From a virus: a stretch of 64,000 bases of DNA. The notes below the pieces were generated by a model. The model was not told where the DNA came from. It ran no database searches and was given only the letters and a program-made list of their open reading frames with translations. Position numbers and translations under genes: made by a program. Shown in pieces: positions 1 through 10,600 of this stretch (positions within the stretch are counted from its first letter, which is position 1; every line of letters begins with the position of its first letter). The stretch spans positions 9,606-73,605 of IMG/VR virus record IMGVR_UViG_3300008050_000036; one strand, 5' to 3'.

Positions 1-3000
1 CTTCGATTTAAGAAACCTTTAGCAAGGCGCAAAGCAAGGTTATTTTCGCGCAATCCTACTACCCTTTCTTGTAATATACGGGTGACTCCCTCATCATTAC
101 CTTTGCCGCCCATCTGTTTTACCTTTTCCAAATCCTTTACTTTGCCTCTAATTATTTCATTTTCAGCCACTTTATCTCCTTCAACAATGACTTCATTAGC
201 CATTTCAAGCATAGCACTTACACTAATAGATTGTGCGCCACTATTTGACCCAATGCGGCGGTCCCGCCCAATAAAGACATTAGGGGAATAAAGTAATAGC
301 CCTGCATCAGTTAATAGCAACTGGTAGCCATCAATACGTGATAAATCACGCATCATATCCAATACACCCACACCTTGACTCTTTCGGGCTACAAATATAC
401 TACTATGTTGAACGGTTGAATCCAATGAAGGGTGGGCTGATATAAAGGCCGATAAAGCAGCCTGTTTGCTCATGTTTATGGCCGAATAATCATCATAAAC
501 CCCTAAATCTGTCATTTTTTGTTCTTGCGAAGCCGAAAACCCAACAATATCAATACCTGCTAAATTATCGCCTCCATCATTCATTATCATTAAAGCAGCA
601 TCAGTAGTTCTAACTCCAACTGCCATAATATGACCTAATCTTACTCCTTTTCCAAGCCCCATTCCTGATGCCGACAAAGAATCATTGTTCAAATTACGGA
701 ATTGTAATTCATAATCAATGTTTTTACCTTGCCCTGTATTTAGATTATTACCAGCAATACGCCATTGTTTTTTATCACTATCAAGCAAATAAGGGGGATA
801 AGCGGTAGTAGTCAATTCAGCACCATCAGCATAAATAGTAGACAGCCCCCCAGTTCCGGGTGTTTTCTTGTATTTGATAATCCCTGAATTAAAACCATCC
901 GATAACAAATACTGTTGAGGGGTAAGCATAAAAAAGTCCGAGGGGTCATAATGCCCAAGACCCCTATATGATATATTTGGGCTATATGTAGTAATATCAT
1001 CACTACTGGTAGCATCCCATTTATCAGTAAGAGATAAGGCAAAAGAAGCCGCATTATCCACAAATGAAGGTAGCACTACAAGTGAATGGGTTGGGGGATA
1101 TAAGTGTTGAATAGCAGCGTTTGTGCTTGCGCTATTCTTACCAAAACACACTTCCCCTCCAATTACATTAGCACTTGATATTAAATCACCTGTAAATGAT
1201 GATACCGTGAAGGTGTTTTCAGTGCGGGCAGTATAGGTAATTTGACCCGTTTTACCAAGTATTACCAAAGTGCCGCTTGGGGGGTAGGGGGTAGCGTTTT
1301 CAACCGTAATGGTGCTTCCTGTCATATATGTGACTTTGGTTTTAGGTCCAAGAGTAGTCATAGCGGTGGCTGGTTGTGCTTTTACTGCTATTCCTTCGCG
1401 CTCACGGCGATTATATGGATTAACTACGGTAGTGCCGTCAGTAGCATAAACGGTTTCAGTCTGCGATATTACTTCGCCGCCCCCCGGATGGGTTGTTTGT
1501 GAATAACGGGCATCCACCAATGGTGTTATGTGTCCTTCGGTATCTTTGCGGCTGGCATCTGCTTTGAAATGCTGCAACATATTAGCACTTGGTATTAAAT
1601 GCCAAACGGCATCTCGGTTGTTTGCATCAGGCCATTCAATAGTGGGTGCTTCATCATAGGCTGATGTAATGGGTAAAATGTTGCCCTTTGTTTTAGCGGT
1701 GTTTGTTTCAAACATACCATATCGCTTATCACGGGTAAATGCTTGGTCTAATGACCCCGCTTGACTAAGACTACAATATGGCCCCAATAACCAGCCGTCT
1801 TGGTTGAGTATTGACAAATCAACATCTAACAATGTGCTAAAACCATACACTTTCAATGGGCGGGTCATACGCATAATATAATCAGCAGTGCGCCGCACTG
1901 GTTGAGATATTTGGGGTTTTGATGTAGCACCATCACCAACTATACTACGGCGACCTTTGCTTTTTTCTTCGCGCTCAAGCCAAGTCTTACGCAGAATAAA
2001 TACACCACCCCACGGCGGCAAATCACCACACCCCCTTACAGCCCAATGGTCTTTTACCCCCGTTGCTAAGAAGTGTTGGCTACTATCCCCAAGAGCATTA
2101 CCATCAAGGTTCAATTCACTATTACGGTTCAAAGACCACTGAGGCTTCGCTACCTGTTGGTTAGGGTTGTTTTGCCCACCATATGTATTATCAGGATTGG
2201 TTGGAGATATGCTACCTGCACCAAATGACTCAGCATATTTAGTCCATTTAGTATCTTGGACCCAAGAAGGTAATATAGGGAATTGTTGCCCAATTGCGAG
2301 GTCGCTATGTAGCGATACTGCTTTGGTGCTGGTAATCATATAGTCTGTTTGTTTGGCATTATTGCGCTCAGAATTGGTTTCAACAACTAAACCCAAACGT
2401 GGTGTTAAATCTGATTGAATCTGTCGGTGGTCGGTTATTTCACTAAGAGGAATAGGCATTACTCCCCTCTCGGCTTCGGTTTTGTCTTTCATGTTCAAAG
2501 ACTGACCCCATCCGTGGGCGGGGAAGTGTTTTTGGTCGCCTGAATTAACTTTTATATCGACAGGATGGGCATTGATGTGGAGGTTATTTCCTTTGTGGTG
2601 GTAAAACTCGTTTCCTACACTTGCACCAAAAGCATCTGATTGATATATTGCCTCTACTGAATCGGCGGCTTTCACTTTATCACCACTATGATGATTTAAG
2701 CCAATAATAGGGTCCGAGCCTGTATTAGTGCTTTTGGCTTGTAAAAACTTCGCATTACTACCAGTAATTGTAGCAAACTCGGTGCGGTGTGAATCCATTA
2801 CTCCCGCAGTTAATGAAGTGGGTTTAATCATCCCCAAGTCAGCATGGTTAAGGGTGCGCCCCATACCCACTTTTAATTCACCTTTAACCCACGGTTCATT
2901 AGATAAACGGGTAAAGCCTTCATTATCATATCCTTCGTTGGTATGCCCAGTTATTACAACACCAATAGGAACGGTTCGCTCAACACCACTATAAGCAGTA

Positions 3001-6000
3001 GGCCAAGTCCAATCAGCCCCATCACTAACAGTAGGTAGGTTTTGCATCGAATCGTGTTTGCCTCCGTCAAAACGGGCTGACCTTTGTATTTTCTGCTGAG
3101 TAGTAAGTATTTCGGTGGGGTCGCCGGATAACATATTTAAGGCATCACACCCTGTTCTAAAGCCCCATGCTCTTACGGGCAAACGCCTCGACCAATCAAT
3201 AGCAACCATAGCGTTTTCAACGGTTGTGGTTTCATTCCAAATGTAGCCATTGGTAGCGTCTTTATCCATAATTAACCGCGATACAGTCTTTCGGGGATTT
3301 AACCCATCACCTATACCTTCACCACGACTATATCTATTACTTGCCCCATAAAGGGTAAAATGTTGTCGTAATTCTAATGAACCTCTTGGTTCACGCTGAC
3401 CGCTATGACCCATCAATACCGCGCTGGCTGCCCGTTCACCCCAATTAGCACCATGCCCGCCAGCATTTAGAGCATTATATCCGTAATTTTGCATCCATTG
3501 AAAGGCGTATAATCGCTCAATTGGTGTCGCTATACGGGCTACACCATCACTACTATTTCCTTCGGAGGCATTTCTTAGCAATAAGCCACGAACCGCTGGA
3601 TATTGCACCGATTTGGGCATTCCTGCTTCTCTATATCGCATAGTCATAAAATGTTCACGGCTTGTGCCGAATAACGCAGGGTGGCTATATTCAGCCAACC
3701 ATGTGCAAAGGAATGCGTCAGGGGTTGCACCGGAATTAGTATCTGTTGCTTTTATCAAACCGAGGTCATTATGAGCCGTGGTTTGAGTAAAGTCGCCGCT
3801 AATTGTAGGGCTTTCAACAGTAGCAACCGGAACGGCAGACATATTCAACATTTCGGGGTCATGCCCAAACAAAGGTGGCACTGTGCCTAATTCAGTCGCT
3901 ACTCTTGGCCTATGCCAACCAGCAGGAAGCCCTGTATTTGAGTAAAAGTGGGGCTTTGTTCCGCTGGCTACATGATGTGCGTTAATCCAAGAAGGAGAGG
4001 GTCGCCCACCCATCATTAGATATTGATTCAAAAAGAAGCCATTGATAGCGTATTCTTCACTGGCATTATGACGATTTACTACTATGCGGTTAGAAGCCGT
4101 ATTTATTGCGATAGGTCCTGAATGTGCCGTATTAGGATAGGGACCCAATCCTGTGCTTTTACCATGTGTCCCACTGATGAAATGGGCTTGCTCATATGCC
4201 CCCTCTACCAGTGTATGCTCTTGTCCGGGGGCAAATAATAGGTCAAAAGAGGTTTGAGGGTCAGCCCCATATTTTTTACGATGATTAGGCATACCATTAT
4301 TTCCTATTTCACCAAGAGGGAAACCATCTGCTGAATACGAACCAGCGTTGTATGTTTCCCCATTTACTTCTAATGTGTCTAAGTAATATAATGTAGCACT
4401 TGGAGGGTTAGCCACGCCACTATATGCAGATTGAAAGCCCCAATGCTTATTTTCACTTTCGGCCTCAAACATAAGCGAATATGCAGAACCATGAGAACGG
4501 TGCAATTGCCTCCGTAGGGCTATTGGTGTGCCTCTCATGGTGTATGGTGTAATGAAATGATGACCTTGCCTACCAAATCTAATACGATGGTGAGGGTGGG
4601 TTTGTGTGTGGTCGACCCCATTTTGAGTCGCTAATAATACTGAACCACGTTCTGTATGGTCGCTCAAGCGGTGAGCAGCAAATAAGCGGGTTGAACCGCT
4701 TGGCACTGCGCCAGCAGCCGCATTTGTGTTTAACCCAAACTGGCTAACCATAGTGTCGTGTAAGATTCTGACGGGGTGAAAGTGCAGAACCCTGTCGTTT
4801 GTGTCAAACTGTGTAGCCCCTCCTTCGGTGGTATCATAGGTATCGGCATTTGCTTCGATTATTCCGGGCGCATCGGGGCGAGGGTCGCTTAATCCCCCCA
4901 TACCCCATGATAAATTGCGCCATGCTTGCACACGGTCATGGCCGCTTCTTACAATTATATTTCCGGGTATTTCATCTTGAGAAGGTAAAGATATTTCCAT
5001 ATTAGGCTCAATGCCACTTCCGGGTGTTGAAGGCAGGGTTGTTGTAGTGCCAGTTAATGGGTCAATGCGTTCTTTATTTAATGTATAATCCTTAATTACC
5101 GTTCCAAAAGGTGAACCCCCTTCCAAAACTAATTCTTGGCCCTTATCGTCAATTACTGATATATTATCCCAAACCCGTTCTTCATTTGATATTGAAAGAC
5201 CCTTTACTCGCTCAGTATTGACTGTTCTTACGGTTCTATATGGGCGTGACACATAACCTTGAACCCCTTGATTGTAGTTAGAAGGTGAAGTAATGGTTGT
5301 GGCTTCACTTTTTAGACTATTCCACGATATTGCCTTATTATCGGAGGCTGAACCATTACTCACATTAGTAATTAGGTGATGATTACCCGCTATATCATCC
5401 TTCAATGCACTAAAACGAGTATCTAATTTATACCCATTTTCAAGAGCAATTTGCCATTTATTCATTGACCCCTTGAATAACATATCATTATGAAAAATAC
5501 TTGTTGGGTTGATGCTACCACTTATTGTAATTGTAGCGCACTGTCTAAAAGATTCTGTTTGAGTAGGTATTGTTTTTATCAAAGACCCAAGACGCATACT
5601 ACTAAATGTATTGGGGGCATATATCACTGACGAGCCAATTAAAGGGGTAGTAATTGTAGCATATTTATTGCCTTCATTATCAAGTAAAAGGGCCGGATTC
5701 CCTACGGTAGTATCGCTATAATCACTTAACCCCCCGTGACCTCCAAAGGCTTCTTTATCATCTGTTTCTTCAGTGCCACCAGTATATAGCATTAAAGGTA
5801 TATTATCTTTGAAATGGTCTGCTGTATAGTCAATTCCCGTTGGAGATACTGCCCATGTTATAGCATCAAGGAAAATAATTTCACCATCATAAACATTGTA
5901 GTTAAGATTAGCAAGAAATGTAATTGTAGTGGTGGTGACTCCCCCAATTCTTCCCAAAATTACCCCGTCAGTGTTCATTATATTTGTCCCAATAGGTAAA

Positions 6001-7679
6001 GCCGAAGGGTCTTGATTAGTGGTAATTGTGCTTACTGCGGTAGTAAAATTACCATTTATGGTTATTTCAGTATTGGTGCATATCGGCCCCAACATAATTA
6101 AACCCGTTGAATGTATATCACTTATTGAAGTTATTTGGGGATTAGTGGCGATATTTGACCCTTCTGAATTATAAATACTATCGCCCACTTTGTAATGAGA
6201 ATGAAGATTAGTATTTGGTGCTAAAACTTTTATATCACTTAAACCACTTAAAAGTGCTAAATCATTAAGTGTCACCACACAACCACTTTCATATGGTCCC
6301 ATTTCATCCATTTTAGTATTATACTCCGGCTTAGTTATCAACAAATCATCATCATTATTTGCTGAAAGTCCATCCCATTGAAAGGGGTCTGCTTCCACTT
6401 CACCCATAATTGCAGGTCCATTGAATGGCATATCAGGGGGCGGTAATTCCGGCATTACACATGAATTAAGCCCTTCAATAGAAAAACGGCTATAACCATG
6501 TCCTAAAGTATGAGCCACAGGTTGCGCCCCCTTAGAATCATAAGCCAAAGAAGGTAAGCCAAGATTGCCCCCATCCATCGGTTTAGCCGTTAAATACCAC
6601 ACCGGTAATGAAGTGCCTAATCCTTGAACAATTGGACCCCCATTGGCCGTTCCCCAATAGCCCCCTCCTGCGGGGGTGTCATATTCCCAAGAAACAATCA
6701 CAGTATGTTGGGGTTCATTAGTAATAGACCAAGCACTCACCCCTATAATATCACTACTTACACTACCACTGCTATGTTCAACCTTTGTTATATTAAAACG
6801 GATTTGATTAGACATAGAAGGGGTGTTTGAAAAAGAATAATGTTCCCAACCATCATATGTTAATGTAAAGTAAGCACCACCTGTCGATTGAGTAATTATT
6901 CCTTTTTGGGGTAAATCTGAAGGTAAAACATCAACATTCCAATCATTTGTATAAAACCAACCCCCAACAATAACTGAACCCAATGGCAAATCAGACGCAT
7001 TTTGTTCATACATTACAATATCTAAAGTATTATTTACTTCTAATAATTTTCCTATATAATCTCCACTAATGGTGTATATTTTTTCATTATTTTTAATTAA
7101 ACTACCTACACTACTACCCACACTAAATACTTTAGTGGTGGTTTTCAAAAAGGGTCCATTTGCTGTTGTAAAAAGGCCAGTAAAAGGATAATAATTACTA
7201 CTATTTGAAAAGGTATAACTTTTTTTGGGTCCCATATTTTGGTATTTGGCCCGTAAAAAGCGTTCCCTGCCCAAATGATGGCTCGCTTGCCTATTCCTAC
7301 TTGAATTGATAGTAGCAGCAATAAGCCGCGATGCTTCTTCTGTCCCTAAATCATATGTTTTAGTGCTGCCCGCTGCTACCGAAGCCTCATAAGCCCGTTT
7401 TAAGTCAATCACCGTATAGTTAATATCAGTAGCATCATCTTCACCATTTGAATATGTCCTTGCACCATTAGCCAAACGGGTTCTAATCAAATAATTCATC
7501 CCTAATTGATTTGACCCCGCACCCCCTCCCCATTGAGTATCAGTAGGGTCATTGTATTCTGTATCAGGATAGGTGAAATGAAGATTAAAAAAACCACTTT
7601 GGGGTCTTTCATCACTTAAACCAAATGTCTGTAATTTGGCTGGATATTCCTTCTTGTAAAAGGTTTTTATCTCCGTCAT
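1..7679 (-). CDS. Giant tail-tip/baseplate-hub-like protein, partial (>2550 aa, runs off the left edge)
   Basis: Absent from the ORF track because it has no stop in the window. ATG at 7679 (MTEIKTFYKKEYPAKLQ...), same frame still open at position 1 (...VGLRENNLALRLAKGFLNR), frame checked by hand at both ends and spot-checked between. The distal part (DLSRIDGYQLLLTDAG...MANEVIVEGD) looks hub-like. Follows the other tail genes. Confidence 0.8.
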   Translation of the reverse strand, partial: MTEIKTFYKKEYPAKLQTFGLSDERPQSGFFNLHFTYPDTEYNDPTDTQWGGGAGSNQLGMNYLIRTRLANGARTYSNGEDDATDINYTVIDLKRAYEASVAAGSTKTYDLGTEEASRLIAATINSSRNRQASHHLGRERFLRAKYQNMGPKKSYTFSNSSNYYPFTGLFTTANGPFLKTTTKVFSVGSSVGSLIKNNEKIYTISGDYIGKLLEVNNTLDIVMYEQNASDLPLGSVIVGGWFYTNDWNVDVLPSDLPQKGIITQSTGGAYFTLTYDGWEHYSFSNTPSMSNQIRFNITKVEHSSGSVSSDIIGVSAWSITNEPQHTVIVSWEYDTPAGGGYWGTANGGPIVQGLGTSLPVWYLTAKPMDGGNLGLPSLAYDSKGAQPVAHTLGHGYSRFSIEGLNSCVMPELPPPDMPFNGPAIMGEVEADPFQWDGLSANNDDDLLITKPEYNTKMDEMGPYESGCVVTLNDLALLSGLSDIKVLAPNTNLHSHYKVGDSIYNSEGSNIATNPQITSISDIHSTGLIMLGPICTNTEITINGNFTTAVSTITTNQDPSALPIGTNIMNTDGVILGRIGGVTTTTITFLANLNYNVYDGEIIFLDAITWAVSPTGIDYTADHFKDNIPLMLYTGGTEETDDKEAFGGHGGLSDYSDTTVGNPALLLDNEGNKYATITTPLIGSSVIYAPNTFSSMRLGSLIKTIPTQTESFRQCATITISGSINPTSIFHNDMLFKGSMNKWQIALENGYKLDTRFSALKDDIAGNHHLITNVSNGSASDNKAISWNSLKSEATTITSPSNYNQGVQGYVSRPYRTVRTVNTERVKGLSISNEERVWDNISVIDDKGQELVLEGGSPFGTVIKDYTLNKERIDPLTGTTTTLPSTPGSGIEPNMEISLPSQDEIPGNIIVRSGHDRVQAWRNLSWGMGGLSDPRPDAPGIIEANADTYDTTEGGATQFDTNDRVLHFHPVRILHDTMVSQFGLNTNAAAGAVPSGSTRLFAAHRLSDHTERGSVLLATQNGVDHTQTHPHHRIRFGRQGHHFITPYTMRGTPIALRRQLHRSHGSAYSLMFEAESENKHWGFQSAYSGVANPPSATLYYLDTLEVNGETYNAGSYSADGFPLGEIGNNGMPNHRKKYGADPQTSFDLLFAPGQEHTLVEGAYEQAHFISGTHGKSTGLGPYPNTAHSGPIAINTASNRIVVNRHNASEEYAINGFFLNQYLMMGGRPSPSWINAHHVASGTKPHFYSNTGLPAGWHRPRVATELGTVPPLFGHDPEMLNMSAVPVATVESPTISGDFTQTTAHNDLGLIKATDTNSGATPDAFLCTWLAEYSHPALFGTSREHFMTMRYREAGMPKSVQYPAVRGLLLRNASEGNSSDGVARIATPIERLYAFQWMQNYGYNALNAGGHGANWGERAASAVLMGHSGQREPRGSLELRQHFTLYGASNRYSRGEGIGDGLNPRKTVSRLIMDKDATNGYIWNETTTVENAMVAIDWSRRLPVRAWGFRTGCDALNMLSGDPTEILTTQQKIQRSARFDGGKHDSMQNLPTVSDGADWTWPTAYSGVERTVPIGVVITGHTNEGYDNEGFTRLSNEPWVKGELKVGMGRTLNHADLGMIKPTSLTAGVMDSHRTEFATITGSNAKFLQAKSTNTGSDPIIGLNHHSGDKVKAADSVEAIYQSDAFGASVGNEFYHHKGNNLHINAHPVDIKVNSGDQKHFPAHGWGQSLNMKDKTEAERGVMPIPLSEITDHRQIQSDLTPRLGLVVETNSERNNAKQTDYMITSTKAVSLHSDLAIGQQFPILPSWVQDTKWTKYAESFGAGSISPTNPDNTYGGQNNPNQQVAKPQWSLNRNSELNLDGNALGDSSQHFLATGVKDHWAVRGCGDLPPWGGVFILRKTWLEREEKSKGRRSIVGDGATSKPQISQPVRRTADYIMRMTRPLKVYGFSTLLDVDLSILNQDGWLLGPYCSLSQAGSLDQAFTRDKRYGMFETNTAKTKGNILPITSAYDEAPTIEWPDANNRDAVWHLIPSANMLQHFKADASRKDTEGHITPLVDARYSQTTHPGGGEVISQTETVYATDGTTVVNPYNRREREGIAVKAQPATAMTTLGPKTKVTYMTGSTITVENATPYPPSGTLVILGKTGQITYTARTENTFTVSSFTGDLISSANVIGGEVCFGKNSASTNAAIQHLYPPTHSLVVLPSFVDNAASFALSLTDKWDATSSDDITTYSPNISYRGLGHYDPSDFFMLTPQQYLLSDGFNSGIIKYKKTPGTGGLSTIYADGAELTTTAYPPYLLDSDKKQWRIAGNNLNTGQGKNIDYELQFRNLNNDSLSASGMGLGKGVRLGHIMAVGVRTTDAALMIMNDGGDNLAGIDIVGFSASQEQKMTDLGVYDDYSAINMSKQAALSAFISAHPSLDSTVQHSSIFVARKSQGVGVLDMMRDLSRIDGYQLLLTDAGLLLYSPNVFIGRDRRIGSNSGAQSISVSAMLEMANEVIVEGDKVAENEIIRGKVKDLEKVKQMGGKGNDEGVTRILQERVVGLRENNLALRLAKGFLNR

Positions 7680-7680
7680 G

Positions 7681-10600
7681 TTAATCCCACACACTCCTTG
7701 CATTGTAAAGGGTTGTTATGTCAGAAGGTGAAAGCACCTTATCCCACAATGCTACTTCACTAAGCCGCCCGTTAAAATAAATTGGGTCATAAACATTAAC
7801 ACCCCCACCGTGATGCTCTCCGTAAGTGTAGGTGGGGATAGGTGAATGGGTGATTAAACCAACACCGAGAGTAAGCATATTACTATCACGACCATAAAAC
7901 CCTGTCCCAAGAGCCGTTATTTTTTGTAAATTATCATTGTGAGGCACATTTACTAATATATTTTCAACAAAAAGGATTGTGGTTGAATCCATAGAATCAA
8001 TTATGCCTATAAATCCGCCCCCACTGGTTAATACTTCATCACCTACGTTGAATTGAATTGTTGGGTTTGAGGCTACTGCTATTCTGTCTGTTGAAAAAGC
8101 CGAATAAAGGCTTGCTAAGGGATGGTTCACCAATATACCACTATTTGCTTTTATCCCCACACCAATGTTTTGTGGTAAATGAGGGGTGTCCGGCACTGTG
8201 CCTCCGTTGTATATGCCTTGATTAACTAAATCCACATTTAGGATAGGGGTTTGGATGGTGCTTATTAACGCCCCATTAACATAAACCAATGCACCAGCAC
8301 CCCCATGACCTCCTTCGTGGGTGACTACAATATGATTCCAAAGCCCTTTTGCTCTTACAACACTATTGCTTTCATAATTGAAAGATAAACCCCCATTTTG
8401 GGTATCGTGCATAATTACCTTAAAATCAATATCTGTTCCAATTAACACATCTTCTTTACTAACAATTGATATGCCCCACGGTTTCCCGTTTTGGTCTATA
8501 CCATGTAATACGGGGCCGTTGCCGTATATAGTAGTCCACGGCCATGTTGTATCATGGGGGTGCATAAAGAATGAAATAGACCAATCATCGGCTTCCATGT
8601 CATTTTTAATTGGCACTCTTGGTGATACTTGTTGTAGCCCCTCTACTTCTATTTTATGTAAGGCTAAACAAGCATGGTTTGGTTGTCCTGAAAAATAAAC
8701 GGCTCTTGCATCTCCATCAACTATAATGGGGCTACTGGTTTGTGCAATTAGAGCATTATTCCAATTACCAACAGCCATCAATTTAGAGCCATATAATGAT
8801 TCAACGGGTGCTTCACTACCTGTTGTATAGTCTATTTGGTCTAATTCCCCATTATTTAATCGCACATAAAATAAAACATCTTGAGTCATTAAATGGTTCG
8901 ATTCGGGGGCAGTGCCAGTATTGGTTATTGTCTGTTTATGATGAATGCCACGGTATGTATTTTCTTTGACCGTATCTGCATTTTTAATGTTAGTGAAGTC
9001 TAATACTGCGGCAGCGGTCTGCACTTCATGGAGGTTTTGAAAGCCGCTATATCCCGAAGGGCCCTTAGAATAATGGTGGGTGTAAAAATCACCATAATCA
9101 TTGGCTGTTCCATCACTAATGTCAAAGGTCACACCTGTATGCCCTCCACCAAAGAATAGTATTCCGTGATTATCAATTAAAGGCAATATCAATTTTATTG
9201 TAATTTCTTTGTAATTTCCATTCCTATCAAAAAACATATCATTCCATTTTTTAACATCGTTTATGTCAATGGGCCTTGCATTCAATAAAAAGGCACACGC
9301 CCCATTACCTCTCACTTTACATATATTCCCCGCCACATTAGCCCCAATGCCTTCAAAAACCCCTATTATACCATTGACAAGTATTTTACCTTTGTTAGTA
9401 GATGAGATATTTTCACTAACCCTGCTAATTATATCTAATGTTTTTCTTTCAACCACCAAATTAGGGAATACTTCTAAATCGTAATCAGGCCATAATTCAC
9501 CATTCGTTTGCTTGGCCCCTGTAATGGTCTTAAAAGAATACTCTTGCCCTATTCCCTTATATGTGCGTAAATTGCCCATTGCATCTTCAACAGCACCATG
9601 TAATCCCCCTTGAAATGTGGTGATAGGCACAAATGTTTCACCATCCATACCAAGAGGTAGTGGTGCGGCGAATGATGAGGCTTGATATGACCGGCTATTT
9701 GTGGCTAATAGCCCACCATGCCCTATTGCTTGAATTGGGCGATAGGGATATGGGCTATAATTATGAAGCCAAGCCGCAAAATTACGACCAGTAGCACCCG
9801 GAATAGTGCTATGTATTACAATAGATAACCCGCTTTCACCATCACGGCTTTCAACATCACTTCCTATAAATGCCCTAACATAACCCATATGAGAGCCATT
9901 ATCAGTAGATGTTATAGTATATGTCCCTGCATTTTCATCAAACAATACTGGTGGGTCAAAAGCACTACCTCCATTTGTATTCTTAGCCAAAGGATGCCCC
10001 GCTTGATTTATTTGGCGTATTAACTCATTTACCCCTTCTTCTAAGTTAGTGACATTGCCTTTATTGCCAATATCGCCCAATTTTATGCGTTGTGGGCGCA
10101 CCCAATCGAGTGTATCATCGGCTTTCTTGCCTTTTAATGACAAATACCCAGTTCTGCATTCAATTGGAGGATTTAGGGGTATATCATCATCACTATAAAT
10201 ATAATTTCCGGGGTCAAAGGAAAAACCCTCCATGTTTGGGCCATTTAGTATAATAATGGTTGCCCCTGTGCTATCATCGGGGTCAAAACATATCCGAGTA
10301 TTACTACTTCTTCTAAATCCTAATGCAATTTCCATAGAACCAGCATAATTCTGCGCCAACGTGCTTGCTGATGTGCCAACAGGCACTTGAAGTCCAGTTA
10401 TAGAATGACCGACTGGATATAGACCACTACCTTCACCACCGGTATCTGCTAACCAACACCCCATTATTACAGGCAAACCTTCTATTATTTGGCTAATAAG
10501 ACCTGCTTCATTGAGTAAATCATCTTCCCAATCGTGATACCTATTGTAATATAAGCGGTGTGAAGCACCGTTAATCTCCATTTTCCATATATGAAGCCGT

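Noticed and set aside
82-6830. Short ORFs in the track at the left end
   Set aside because: They are shadows of the single long minus-strand ORF 1..7679, which the track missed because it has no stop in the window.
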